Virus record (IMG/VR): IMGVR_UViG_3300005937_000008
Location: 8,267-72,266 of that record
Direction: 5' to 3' (one strand)
DNA length: 64,000 nt
Source of the DNA: a virus
Lineage: Duplodnaviria > Caudoviricetes
Shown: positions 7,610 to 16,088 of the stretch, in pieces
Layout: each line of letters begins with the position of its first letter
Numbering within the stretch: the first letter of the stretch is position 1
Notes under the pieces: generated by a model
Told to the model about the DNA's origin: nothing
What the model saw: only the letters and a program-made list of their open reading frames with translations
The model's database searches: none
Translations under genes and position numbers: made by a program

Positions 7610-8010
7610 CGCTCACCACCCGTTTCGGTGGATGCAGCTTCGTAGTGCTGAACCCAGAGCGCCTTGGTGTTCGGCGTGGACCAGGCCAGCTGCTTGCCGC
7701 AGGAGCAGGCGACGGATGCGCCTTGGCCGCCCTCGTTGTCGGTCTGCGGCGCATGCTCCCCAAGGGCGCCCACATGAGTGGGGCATAGGTGGAGCCAGAA
7801 GCGTCCGTGCGACCGGAGGGACCGGACATCCAGAGCCCGCAGCAGCGTCCGGCCCGCCTTCGCTGAAGGCAGCGGAGCGTGCGACTGGTAGGCGATGCTG
7901 TCGATCGTCGTCCAGCCAGCGGGGGCGTCGTCGGTCTCGGATAGGTCAGACACCGTGCAGTTGAGTGCGTCGCACCGGAAGCGGTACGTGCGCAGGACTT
8001 CGACGGTCAC
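7606..8010 (-). CDS. Cys/His-rich hypothetical protein
   Basis: GTG at 8010 with GGAGG; YRFRCDALNC, HLCPTH, CSCG. Confidence 0.7.
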   Translation of the reverse strand: MTVEVLRTYRFRCDALNCTVSDLSETDDAPAGWTTIDSIAYQSHAPLPSAKAGRTLLRALDVRSLRSHGRFWLHLCPTHVGALGEHAPQTDNEGGQGASVACSCGKQLAWSTPNTKALWVQHYEAASTETGGER

Positions 8011-8357
8011 ACGGCCCTCCTCGTCTTCGGCGACCACGACCAACCCATCCGTGCACGGTGATTCTTTCCGCCGTGTCCGGCGGGCAGATTGCAGGGGCGC
8101 GGCGCGTACTGCGACGGCACGAGGTTGGGCGGCCCGCCGACGCTGCCGCATTCCTTCTCGCCGGGGGAGGCGAAGTCCCGGAACCAGTCCATGTGCAGGA
8201 CTGCGCTGGAATCGTCTTTGTAGCACTCGTGAGCGGCGCAACCTCCGCACAGTTCGCACTCAGCGCACTCATCGAGGCGCCACGGATCGACCTTCCCGAG
8301 GCAAGGTGAATCAAGCACGGAGTCCCACATGCGCTGATCGTCAGCCACGGGCGTCAT
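8007..8357 (-). CDS. Cys-rich hypothetical protein
   Basis: CAECELCGGCAAHEC; PCNLPAGH..NH; overlaps both neighbours. Confidence 0.55.
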   Translation of the reverse strand: MTPVADDQRMWDSVLDSPCLGKVDPWRLDECAECELCGGCAAHECYKDDSSAVLHMDWFRDFASPGEKECGSVGGPPNLVPSQYAPRPCNLPAGHGGKNHRARMGWSWSPKTRRAV

Positions 8358-8598
8358 GACCCGGACTGACGAGGCTAGCCACGGCCGCCGCAGCGCCTGT
8401 CACCCGCTCTGCATGGGTGGGCTGTGTGCCGTCCGAGGCGTAGTAGTTGAACCAGGGGCGGATGACGTCCGGCCCCTCGGTGCGGATCTTCTCGGCGAGC
8501 CCAGAAGCGTAGTCGTCGAGGACGGCGTTGGCCCGGGCGGTACTCAACCCGGCTTGGCAGAGGTGCACGATGAGGCGTGCGCGGGAGTCTGAGGCCAT
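8341..8598 (-). CDS. Hypothetical protein, possibly leaderless
   Basis: TACAAT 5 nt upstream of the ATG. Confidence 0.65.
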   Translation of the reverse strand: MASDSRARLIVHLCQAGLSTARANAVLDDYASGLAEKIRTEGPDVIRPWFNYYASDGTQPTHAERVTGAAAAVASLVSPGHDARG

Positions 8599-8646
8599 GT
8601 CTAATTGTACCGTTTTTTCGCCCGCGATATGGCATGTTATCGAGCG

Positions 8647-9111
8647 TCAGGGGCGCCGCATGGCGCCCGGCGCGACGGCGGCGACCCGAGCGCGCTTCCG
8701 GTCACCAGGCCTGAACGTCCGCTCCACGAGACCGTGCCCAGCGTTGTAGGTGGCGGTCATGACGGCGTCGGTGTCGCACACGGATGGCAGGCTGTACAGC
8801 TCCCTGGCCACGTAGTCGAGCAGGTCGCTGCGTGCGGCCTGGCGGCCGATCCCGCGGGCCTCCTGCCAGGCTTCCCGGTCCACGGTGATGCGCCAGTCGC
8901 ACCGGACCGCGGCTTGTCCTGGGGGCTGCGCTTCCGGTCGCGGGGTGATGCAGGTTGCGTAGGCGCCCGTCTCTTCGAATGGCGCCAGGTCATTGATCGC
9001 GAAGACTAGGTAGCTCGCCAAGTCGCCCTCGACGCGCGCGGGATCGATGCCGTTGTCGTCCGCGTAGGAATCGAGCGACACGGTCCAAAGCGTGCGCAGG
9101 ATGGCAATCAT
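8647..9111 (-). CDS. Hypothetical protein
   Basis: Codon bias; operon context. Confidence 0.7.
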   Translation of the reverse strand: MIAILRTLWTVSLDSYADDNGIDPARVEGDLASYLVFAINDLAPFEETGAYATCITPRPEAQPPGQAAVRCDWRITVDREAWQEARGIGRQAARSDLLDYVARELYSLPSVCDTDAVMTATYNAGHGLVERTFRPGDRKRARVAAVAPGAMRRP

Positions 9112-9178
9112 CAGGTCTCCAGTGTGCCGGTAGGCTGACAGGCGTGCGCCCCGGCTGCTTACCTCAGCCGGGGCACCA

Positions 9179-9388
9179 TCACTTCTGACTGTCGATCTCT
9201 TCGCACTTCCGGCAGGTAGGGTATTCGTTGAGGGCTACCCAGCTGTTCACGCGGCGCGGGAGCGGGATCCCGCAGAGGGCGACGTTCTCCGCCCTGTCCT
9301 TCCAAAGGCCGTCCGCCACGAAGTGCTTGGTGCGCCCGTAGCGGGTCAGCCCCATGGACGGGTCCCACCAGACGAGGTTCCGGGCCAT
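9179..9388 (-). CDS. Small Zn-ribbon-like protein
   Basis: KHF...ALCG...TCRKC. Confidence 0.7.
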   Translation of the reverse strand: MARNLVWWDPSMGLTRYGRTKHFVADGLWKDRAENVALCGIPLPRRVNSWVALNEYPTCRKCEEIDSQK

Positions 9389-9390
9389 GG

Positions 9391-9639
9391 TCAGACCTCG
9401 CTCTGAGCGGCAGTCTGCCTGTGTCGGTTGTACTCGTCGGCCTGCTGGGCGTTGCGTTCCAGGCCGTCAGCAAGATGTATGGCGAGTTCCGGGGTGATCT
9501 CGATGTAGATCACGCGGCCGTCTTCCTTCTCGGGGTCGATGATGCGGGCCTGGAGGTACACGGCCTTGCCGCCCCCCTTCGCCAGGCGGTGGCCCCATCC
9601 TGTGAGGCGCGCCGCCCAGGGCTGCTTGCGTCCGGCCAT
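9391..9639 (-). CDS. Hypothetical protein
   Basis: Coupled ORF in the leftward operon. Confidence 0.7.
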   Translation of the reverse strand: MAGRKQPWAARLTGWGHRLAKGGGKAVYLQARIIDPEKEDGRVIYIEITPELAIHLADGLERNAQQADEYNRHRQTAAQSEV

Positions 9640-10205
9640 CAGTTGCTCTCCTCGTTGAGTTTGGCGGCCCTGGCGTGGGCACGCTCGCGGCTACTCGGCC
9701 TGGTATCACGCCTGTAGCGGGCCGGTATGGCTGGCACTGTGGGGGTGGCGTAGCCGAGAGCGGCAAATACGTGCATGCCGGTGACGGTGTCGAGTACGGC
9801 GAAGTAGCCGGGGCCGAGCTGCTGAACCTCGTAGCGGGGCTTCGCGGGAGCCGTCTGGCTCGGCGCCTCAGGCTCCGGCGTGGGGTCCTGCCTCGGGGCG
9901 GGCGTGTGCTCGCCGCACCTCCAGCCGCCGTGCTCGTTCTTCTCCGGCAGCTCGTAGCCCTCGGGCAGGCCGGGCTCCCACGGCTTCTCGCCGGAGCCCT
10001 GGCAGATGTCGCCGTCCGGCTGCTGGGGCAGGCCGCCGGAGAGGGTGAAGTGGCCCATGTCGACGGACTCGCGATGCTTGCGCATGGTGCCGTCCTTGCG
10101 GAGCTTGCCCGCCCACTTGCAGCGAGGGCAGGTCGCGTAGCTGTCGTCGGCGGTGGCGTGGTCGGCCATGAGCGGTTCCGTCTTCTCGGTCTTGTTCTCG
10201 GTCAT
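9639..10205 (-). CDS. Hypothetical protein with Zn-binding motif
   Basis: TCPRC...MRKH...CQGSG; first gene after the TTGACA promoter. Confidence 0.7.
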   Translation of the reverse strand: MTENKTEKTEPLMADHATADDSYATCPRCKWAGKLRKDGTMRKHRESVDMGHFTLSGGLPQQPDGDICQGSGEKPWEPGLPEGYELPEKNEHGGWRCGEHTPAPRQDPTPEPEAPSQTAPAKPRYEVQQLGPGYFAVLDTVTGMHVFAALGYATPTVPAIPARYRRDTRPSSRERAHARAAKLNEESN

Positions 10206-10236
10206 CACGCTCACTACTTCTCCCTGGTCGCCTCTT

Positions 10237-10318
10237 GTTTCTGTACCTACAGAATGCGCCCGCGGGGAGAGTCTTGTCAAGGCGTCGCGCGAGATGGATG
10301 CTAGTTTCTGTACCTACA
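10237..10318. promoter_or_regulatory. Leftward promoter with two 15-bp direct-repeat operators
   Basis: GTTTCTGTACCTACA at 10237-10251 and 10304-10318; minus-strand TTGACA (10275-10280), N18, CATTCT. Confidence 0.75.
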
Positions 10319-10337
10319 AATAGGAGGAGGTGGCCGA

Positions 10338-10556
10338 GTGGCCAGGCCGAAGACCGGCGAGACGCCCATCCGCAACGTCCGCGTACCCGACGGCGTCTGG
10401 AACGCCGTCAAAGCCAAGGCGAAAGCGGAGGGGCGAACCATCACCGATGTCGTCGTGACCGCGCTCCACCGGTATGCCGCCACCCCCGCCAAGATGGACG
10501 ACGCGAGCAGCGAGCAGTCCGGGACATTGCAAAGCGCCCCGCTCCCCCACCGCTGA
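10338..10556 (+). CDS. Ribbon-helix-helix (Arc/CopG-like) regulator
   Basis: TPIRNVRVPDGVWNAVKAKAKAEGRTITDVV. Confidence 0.85.
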   Translation: MARPKTGETPIRNVRVPDGVWNAVKAKAKAEGRTITDVVVTALHRYAATPAKMDDASSEQSGTLQSAPLPHR

Positions 10557-10588
10557 TGCGGCAAGGAAGCGGGGCGCAGTCGCGTGGT

Positions 10589-10645
10589 TCAGAATCCGAG
10601 GACGACGGACAGGCTGGCGTACAGGTCGAGAACAACGGACAGCAT
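10589..10645 (-). CDS. 18-aa hydrophobic micropeptide MLSVVLDLYASLSVVLGF
   Basis: Purine-rich RBS (AAAGGGGGTGAG) before the ATG; hairpin follows. Confidence 0.5.
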   Translation of the reverse strand: MLSVVLDLYASLSVVLGF

Positions 10646-10682
10646 GGGCTCACCCCCTTTCCCGGCTGGTGGGGCAGTCGGG

Positions 10683-10850
10683 TCAGGGCTCCTCGTTGGC
10701 CGGTGGGGGCGGCAGGTCGGGTTCGAGGAACGGGGAGATGGACGGCGCCGGGATCGGCTGAGGGTCGAGGCGGCCCAGGCGCTCGAGACTCGCGGCGTAT
10801 GCGGCGGTCGTGTCGCGGCGCGGGAGCCGGGCGGCAGGCGGTTCAGGCAT
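10683..10850 (-). CDS. Small Pro-rich hypothetical protein (55 aa)
   Basis: Hand-translated MPEPPAARLPRRDTT...; RBS overlaps the previous stop. Confidence 0.55.
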   Translation of the reverse strand: MPEPPAARLPRRDTTAAYAASLERLGRLDPQPIPAPSISPFLEPDLPPPPANEEP

Positions 10851-10859
10851 GCGGGCCTC

Positions 10860-11531
10860 CTAGGCGTACTGCGTGCGGCGCGGATCCAGGGCCGCGGCCT
10901 GATTGCTACTGTTGCCCCCGCTGTTGCCGTTGCCGGGCTGGTCGGGCTCGCAGTCGTACCGCGGGTTGTTCTCGTCGAAGCCGTCGACCGGCTTGCAGCT
11001 GTAGGTGGTGCCGAGATAGGTGAACGTCCAGCCGGCTGGCGGCTTCCCGTTACTGCCGTCCTTGCCGTCCTTGCCGTCGGCGCCGTCGACCCCGTCCCTG
11101 CCCGGAGGCCCGGAAGGCCCGGGGACGGTCGAGTCCGCGCCCGGCGATCCGCTCGGGCCCGGCACCGTCGAGTCGGCCCCATCCTTCCCCGGGGCCCCGG
11201 ATGCGCCAGAAGGGCCCGGCGACGGGGTGCTGGTGGGCGCCGGCTTGCCCGATGCGCCCGCCGGCCCGGTACTGCCCCGCGGCCCGCGGGGGCCGACGAC
11301 AGACTTTCCGGACGCGCCGCGCGGACCTGCTACCGGCTTGCCGCCGAGATTGCGCACCTGCTGAGACAGGGCTGCGATGTCGGCGTCCTTGTCCTTCAGG
11401 TCGCTCGACATGCCCTGGATGCTCAGCACGATCCACGCGAACGCGGCCCCCAGCGCGACGGCGGCGACGACCGCAAAGAAGTCGCCTCGGCGCCAACGTC
11501 TCTCTTCAGCGCGGATCTCCGACCGCGTCAC
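10860..11531 (-). CDS. Membrane-anchored collagen-like protein (lysis accessory)
   Basis: N-terminal TM, coiled coil, Gly-X-Y repeats, C-terminal YSC...YDC. Confidence 0.8.
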   Translation of the reverse strand: MTRSEIRAEERRWRRGDFFAVVAAVALGAAFAWIVLSIQGMSSDLKDKDADIAALSQQVRNLGGKPVAGPRGASGKSVVGPRGPRGSTGPAGASGKPAPTSTPSPGPSGASGAPGKDGADSTVPGPSGSPGADSTVPGPSGPPGRDGVDGADGKDGKDGSNGKPPAGWTFTYLGTTYSCKPVDGFDENNPRYDCEPDQPGNGNSGGNSSNQAAALDPRRTQYA

Positions 11532-11824
11532 GACCCGGACCCCCGTGTCAGGAGGATGATGACGGGCAGCAGGATCCCGACGAGCGGCACGATCACTGCG
11601 CCGACCAGCCAGCGGCGTGTTGCGACGATCCGCTCGGCGTCCTTCTCCCGCAGTGTTTCCAGGGTGGCGACGCGTTGTGCCAGGGCGTCGTGGCGGATGT
11701 CGTAGAGCTTTTGGTCCACCTTTTGGGCCAGCTCTGCGGACAGCGCTCTGATGTCGTCCCGAATGTCGCCGGTCCGCTCATCGAGGCGGCGGGCGAGCTC
11801 CCCGAGAGTCGGATCCTCCGGCAC
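11528..11824 (-). CDS. Coiled-coil protein with C-terminal TM (holin-like or lysis accessory)
   Basis: Heptad region followed by WLVGAVIVPLVGILLPVIILL. Confidence 0.75.
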   Translation of the reverse strand: MPEDPTLGELARRLDERTGDIRDDIRALSAELAQKVDQKLYDIRHDALAQRVATLETLREKDAERIVATRRWLVGAVIVPLVGILLPVIILLTRGSGS

Positions 11825-11836
11825 GCGCTACTCCGA

Positions 11837-12202
11837 TCAAACGCCCGGCTTCGCGGGCTGCGCTGCGGGCGCCGTCGGCGAGGCCGGGGAGACCTGCACT
11901 CGCGTCAGCAGCGTGAGCACTGCGAGGACGACGGTGTTGATGGCGCCGACAGTCTCCTGCGACACGTTGTAGCCGAGCGTTCCGACGAGGACCGCCCCGG
12001 CGGCAACGACCGCGGTGAACGCCTGCGGAGCGATGGGGCGGGTCATGGCGGCGGCGATGGCGCCGAGGATCGCGGACACGGCGGCGACGATGGCGCCAGC
12101 CGTCTCGGCGCTCAGGCTGGTGATGCCGAGGGAGACGATGAGGCCGAGGACGGCCGAGAGGGTGTTCAGAACCACTACCGGTTCGCGCCCGAAGAGCTTC
12201 AC
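11837..12202 (-). CDS. Holin
   Basis: MKLFGREP start and four hydrophobic segments; GTGA overlap with the upstream gene. Confidence 0.8.
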   Translation of the reverse strand: MKLFGREPVVVLNTLSAVLGLIVSLGITSLSAETAGAIVAAVSAILGAIAAAMTRPIAPQAFTAVVAAGAVLVGTLGYNVSQETVGAINTVVLAVLTLLTRVQVSPASPTAPAAQPAKPGV

Positions 12203-12780
12203 AGTGATCTCGCTTCCTGTTCGGCGAGCCAGCGCCGGACGGTCTGGTTGTGGCGGGCGTCCGCGAGCGCGTTGTGCTCGCCGCTCGCCTGCTTGGGCAG
12301 GGCGTCCCAGCCGAGGCCGAGGCGGCGGGCTTCCTGCTGGATGTCGCTGGTGTACATGGGCACCCCGTCCGGGAGGTCGATCATGCGGCCCCACAGTTGG
12401 GCGAGGCACACATGGTCGTAGGCCCCGTAGGAAGCCCAGAGTTCGACGTCCTGCCCGGCGTCGCGGATGAAGTCCCGCACCTCGCGGGCGATCCGCTCCA
12501 CGGGCTTCACCGCCGGATCGAGGTAGTTGAACAGCCACCGCTTCGGCATGTGCAGGATCCAGTCCCCGTGCGGCTTCGGCAGGTTGGGGACCACGTGCTC
12601 CATCAACCACTTGTGCCTGCGTACCCGCCGCCGGAACCGCCAGCCCTTCCAGCCGCGCGCGGCCAGCAGGGCGTTGACGGCGTAGTAGGAGCGGCCGTCG
12701 TCCGCGACCATGCCGATCGAGATCGGCTCGATGCGCACCCCGTCCTCGAGGAATTCCCAGTCGTAGAAGACGTCGGTCAT
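12199..12780 (-). CDS. DEDDh 3'-5' exoribonuclease, RNase AS/Rv2179c-like
   Basis: FYDWEF, ISIGMV, GAYDHV, HNALADAR. Confidence 0.82.
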   Translation of the reverse strand: MTDVFYDWEFLEDGVRIEPISIGMVADDGRSYYAVNALLAARGWKGWRFRRRVRRHKWLMEHVVPNLPKPHGDWILHMPKRWLFNYLDPAVKPVERIAREVRDFIRDAGQDVELWASYGAYDHVCLAQLWGRMIDLPDGVPMYTSDIQQEARRLGLGWDALPKQASGEHNALADARHNQTVRRWLAEQEARSL

Positions 12781-13703
12781 GCGACCACCATGAACAGGCC
12801 GGTCTGCGACCCCAGCTTCTTCAGGGACACGCTGCCCGGGATGCCGTCGGCGTCGTCACCGGAGTAGCCCAGTCGTCGCTGCCACGCCTTGTACGCGTTG
12901 ACGGTCGTAGACCCGAACGAGCCGTCACCGGCATACGTTTTGGCGAGGTAACCGAGCTTCACCAGCGCCGCCTCGACGAGGTTGGTGCCGGTCATGTACG
13001 TGATGTGGCCCTGCTTGGCATCGGGGTCGGTCTTGGCGGCCTTGATGAGCAGAGACAGGTCGACCCGCGGCTTCGACGGGGTGGGTGCCGGCGCCGGGGT
13101 GACCGTGCCGCCGGGTGTCTTGGTCAGCTGCACCTTCACGGCGGCCCGGAAGTCGTCCATGTCGAAGCTGGGGTCGATCTTCCCGGGCTGGACTTCCTTG
13201 TGCCCGGCGACGGACTTCTCCGACCAGCCGTGCGCCCGGCACAGGGCCGCCGCCCACAGCACTGCGTCCCGGTACTGGTCGGCCGGGTAGGGGTCCTTGC
13301 CGTTGCCGAGGTTCTCGATCTCCAGGCCGTAGAGGCAGTCGTTGCCGTCGGCGTTGGCCTGGTCGTCGTGCGGCAGTGCGGTCTCGTTGCGGAGCGCATT
13401 GAGGACGTCGAGGTCGACGGCGCCCGCGTGGTTGGTGCGGCCGTGGCCGATCATCCACAGGCCGTCCGTCTTGCCCAGCCAGGAGTGGCACAGCGGGCCG
13501 GGCAGATCCGCGCGGCCGTTGTAGCAGAGCTCCCGATCGTTGCGGCCGGCCGTGTGATGGATGAGCACCCCCACCACCGGGCCGAAGGTCTTTCCGGTCG
13601 CGGCCTCGCGGTTGCGGGTGGCCCAGTCGGCGTGCTCGTGCACGGTGAGCCCTTCGGCTCTCAGCTTGGCGAGCATCTGGGTGGCGGACAGCGGTGTAGC
13701 CAT
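12777..13703 (-). CDS. Endolysin: N-acetylmuramoyl-L-alanine amidase plus C-terminal wall-binding domain
   Basis: LIHHTAG, PLCH, GLEIEN, GHKE, KIDP; YKAWQRRLGY...ADGIPG. Confidence 0.92.
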   Translation of the reverse strand: MATPLSATQMLAKLRAEGLTVHEHADWATRNREAATGKTFGPVVGVLIHHTAGRNDRELCYNGRADLPGPLCHSWLGKTDGLWMIGHGRTNHAGAVDLDVLNALRNETALPHDDQANADGNDCLYGLEIENLGNGKDPYPADQYRDAVLWAAALCRAHGWSEKSVAGHKEVQPGKIDPSFDMDDFRAAVKVQLTKTPGGTVTPAPAPTPSKPRVDLSLLIKAAKTDPDAKQGHITYMTGTNLVEAALVKLGYLAKTYAGDGSFGSTTVNAYKAWQRRLGYSGDDADGIPGSVSLKKLGSQTGLFMVVA

Positions 13704-13776
13704 GGATGCTCCAGGCGTGACGAAGGCCCCGGCCATCGGCGCGGGGCGTGCAGGGTGGGGCGGGCGCGGGTGGGTC

Positions 13777-14223
13777 TCAGTAGTCCCAGGTGGTGGCAGA
13801 AAACTGGGCGTGGATCACGTCGACCGGCTCGGTATGCGTGTGCCGTACCTCGATGGCCACCGGCTGGCCGGCATTGCCGTGGAACAGCCATGTGCCGTTG
13901 CGCAGGTCCTGGCCGACCGTGTCGTCTGCATCCGATTCCCCGGTGTTGTCCGGGTTGGTGTATGGATCACGCACGAAACGGACGTTGAACTGGCGCTCGT
14001 CGCCCTCATACGTACCGATGTCGTCGAACTTCACCAGATATGACCAGATGAAGTCGCCGCTGGTCTTCGGCTTGATGAGGGCCGAGTTCGGGTTCTTCGC
14101 CGTGCCGTCGCCCTGGTACATGCCATCGTCGTTCCGCAGCACGGTGTCGAACCGGATCGTCGTCCACGTGTTCGGCGGAATGGGCTGCCGGATGTTGGTG
14201 TACAGCTTGCACTGCGTGGCCAT
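13777..14223 (-). CDS. Tail-associated beta-sandwich protein
   Basis: WTTIRFD motif; position before the lysin. Confidence 0.6.
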   Translation of the reverse strand: MATQCKLYTNIRQPIPPNTWTTIRFDTVLRNDDGMYQGDGTAKNPNSALIKPKTSGDFIWSYLVKFDDIGTYEGDERQFNVRFVRDPYTNPDNTGESDADDTVGQDLRNGTWLFHGNAGQPVAIEVRHTHTEPVDVIHAQFSATTWDY

Positions 14224-14255
14224 CACACACTTCCATCCTGGATGGGCGACTGCGG

Positions 14256-14498
14256 TCAGGAGGACGTCGTCATGTTCCGGGTCGTGTAGGCCGTGAAGCC
14301 CTTCGTGCCGGTGACGTTGTAGTAGCGGGGCGCGAGGAGATCGACGAGCGCTTGCAGGAGGGCGTCGCCTTCGGACTCGGTCGCCGGGCTCTCGGTGCTG
14401 ATGCTCAGCTGAAAGCTGGTCGCCGAGTTGCTGTTCAGGCGGCCGTTGATGGTCCAGGTGGTGTCGCTCGTCGACGTCTGCGGGGTGTCGAGGGGCAT
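14256..14498 (-). CDS. Small tail-associated hypothetical protein
   Basis: ATG with GGAG RBS; operon context. Confidence 0.6.
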   Translation of the reverse strand: MPLDTPQTSTSDTTWTINGRLNSNSATSFQLSISTESPATESEGDALLQALVDLLAPRYYNVTGTKGFTAYTTRNMTTSS

Positions 14499-14505
14499 GC
14501 TGCTC

Positions 14506-15267
14506 CTAGGCGGTGTAGGTGGTGACGATGACGATTCCGGCGGCCCCGGTGGAGCCGGCGACTGCGGCATTGCTGGCGCCGTTGGAGGGGCCGGATGCGC
14601 CGCCGCCGTAGAGGCGGCCGTCGAAGCCGGAGGTCGAGCCGGAGGTGACGCCGGTGGCGCGGCGCGGGTTGGAGAGGAAGCTGCTGCCGCCGTTGTTGTA
14701 CTTCACCGGCGTCGCACTGATCACCTGCCCGTTGCTGCCGTCTCCGCCCGCGAGGCGCCAGTCTCCCCCGGTGCCGCCAGAGGCGCCGTTGGTGCCGCCG
14801 ATGGTGACGCTGGTGCTGGTGGCGGTTCCTCCCGCACTGCCTTCGCCGCCAAGGGCAGTAATGAGTGCGCCGAAGCTGCTGGTGCCGCCCGTACTGCCTG
14901 CATTGGCTCCGGCCGAGCCGCCAGCGCCTCCGGCGCCGACGGTGACGGCGACGCTGGCGCCGGCCGTGGAGGGAGTGAACCAGCCGGTTGCGTATTCTCC
15001 GCCTGCCCCGCCGGGTGCGCACGCCGCCTGCCCTGATCCGGTTGCGGCGATGCCGCCGGATCCTCCTCCGGCGCCCTGCACTTGGACGTGGACGAGGATG
15101 GCGTTGGCGGGCCGGGTCCAGGTGCCGGAGCTGGTGAAGACCTGCCGGTCGACGTTGCCGATGATGATGGCGTCGGCGGTCGTGGCCAGGGTTTGGAGAT
15201 GCTCCCAGAGCCTGGTGTGGTCGCTGGACTGTGGATAGGTGATGCCCTTGGAGGTGTTCGCGGTCAT
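14506..15267 (-). CDS. Glycine-rich minor tail protein
   Basis: FTSSGTWTRP...GAGGGSGG repeats. Confidence 0.8.
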   Translation of the reverse strand: MTANTSKGITYPQSSDHTRLWEHLQTLATTADAIIIGNVDRQVFTSSGTWTRPANAILVHVQVQGAGGGSGGIAATGSGQAACAPGGAGGEYATGWFTPSTAGASVAVTVGAGGAGGSAGANAGSTGGTSSFGALITALGGEGSAGGTATSTSVTIGGTNGASGGTGGDWRLAGGDGSNGQVISATPVKYNNGGSSFLSNPRRATGVTSGSTSGFDGRLYGGGASGPSNGASNAAVAGSTGAAGIVIVTTYTA

Positions 15268-16076
15268 GAGCTTCGCCTCCAGGAGATCGAGACGGTGAAG
15301 GCGGCCGACCAGCTGCCGCGTCCGGCGAGATGGATGTACGGGTCGTCGGAGCTGACGTTGATGGCGATACCTCCGCGGGTGCCATCGATGAGGGCTTGGC
15401 CCCACGAGGTGGGCAGGGTGAACGTGGTCGAGCTGCCGATTTTCAGCGACGGCCCGGACGTGGTCTCGTTCAGGGTGGGCGCCCCGCCCGGCCGGGACGT
15501 CTGCGAGACGAGCCGTAGCGTCGCCGAGCGGGCCGCGAAATCACCGGCCGACAGCCGCTTGATCTTCACGGTGGCCTTGGTGCAGGTCGCGCCGTTCAAG
15601 GTGTGTGGCTTCGAGCCGTAGAAGGCGCACCCCGTGTTGCGTCCGTAGCTGCTGCCGCCGTAGCGGCCCTGAAAGAGGTCGAATGAGTTCGTCGGGTCGC
15701 CGTCGGAACGCCAACTACCGTCCCGGTAGCAGGCGGTGGCCGTCGGCACACAGGTCAGCGTGCCCGTCCTCACGGTCGGCTTCGGGGCCGGCGGTGGATC
15801 GCCGGTATCCACGGGAGCACTGTCCGCGGGCGCGGGAGTTGCCGGCGTCGAGGTGGGTGCGGCTGGGATGACGTTGATGACGTAGTAGGTGCTGCCGAGG
15901 CGGGCCGCCAGCACGATGTTTCCGACCGCCACGGTCAGTCCGGTCGCTACCCGGGCGGTGACGGCGATGCCGCCGACGCTGATCAGGCAGGCACCCGACG
16001 ATGCTGCAGTCAGGGCGACGCCGCGCAGCACGCCCTTACCGGAGAGGGATATGCGAGTGTCAGCGAAATCCGCCAC
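15264..16076 (-). CDS. Minor tail protein
   Basis: Position in the tail cluster. Confidence 0.75.
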   Translation of the reverse strand: MADFADTRISLSGKGVLRGVALTAASSGACLISVGGIAVTARVATGLTVAVGNIVLAARLGSTYYVINVIPAAPTSTPATPAPADSAPVDTGDPPPAPKPTVRTGTLTCVPTATACYRDGSWRSDGDPTNSFDLFQGRYGGSSYGRNTGCAFYGSKPHTLNGATCTKATVKIKRLSAGDFAARSATLRLVSQTSRPGGAPTLNETTSGPSLKIGSSTTFTLPTSWGQALIDGTRGGIAINVSSDDPYIHLAGRGSWSAAFTVSISWRRSS

Positions 16077-16088
16077 CGGCCCTCCCCT

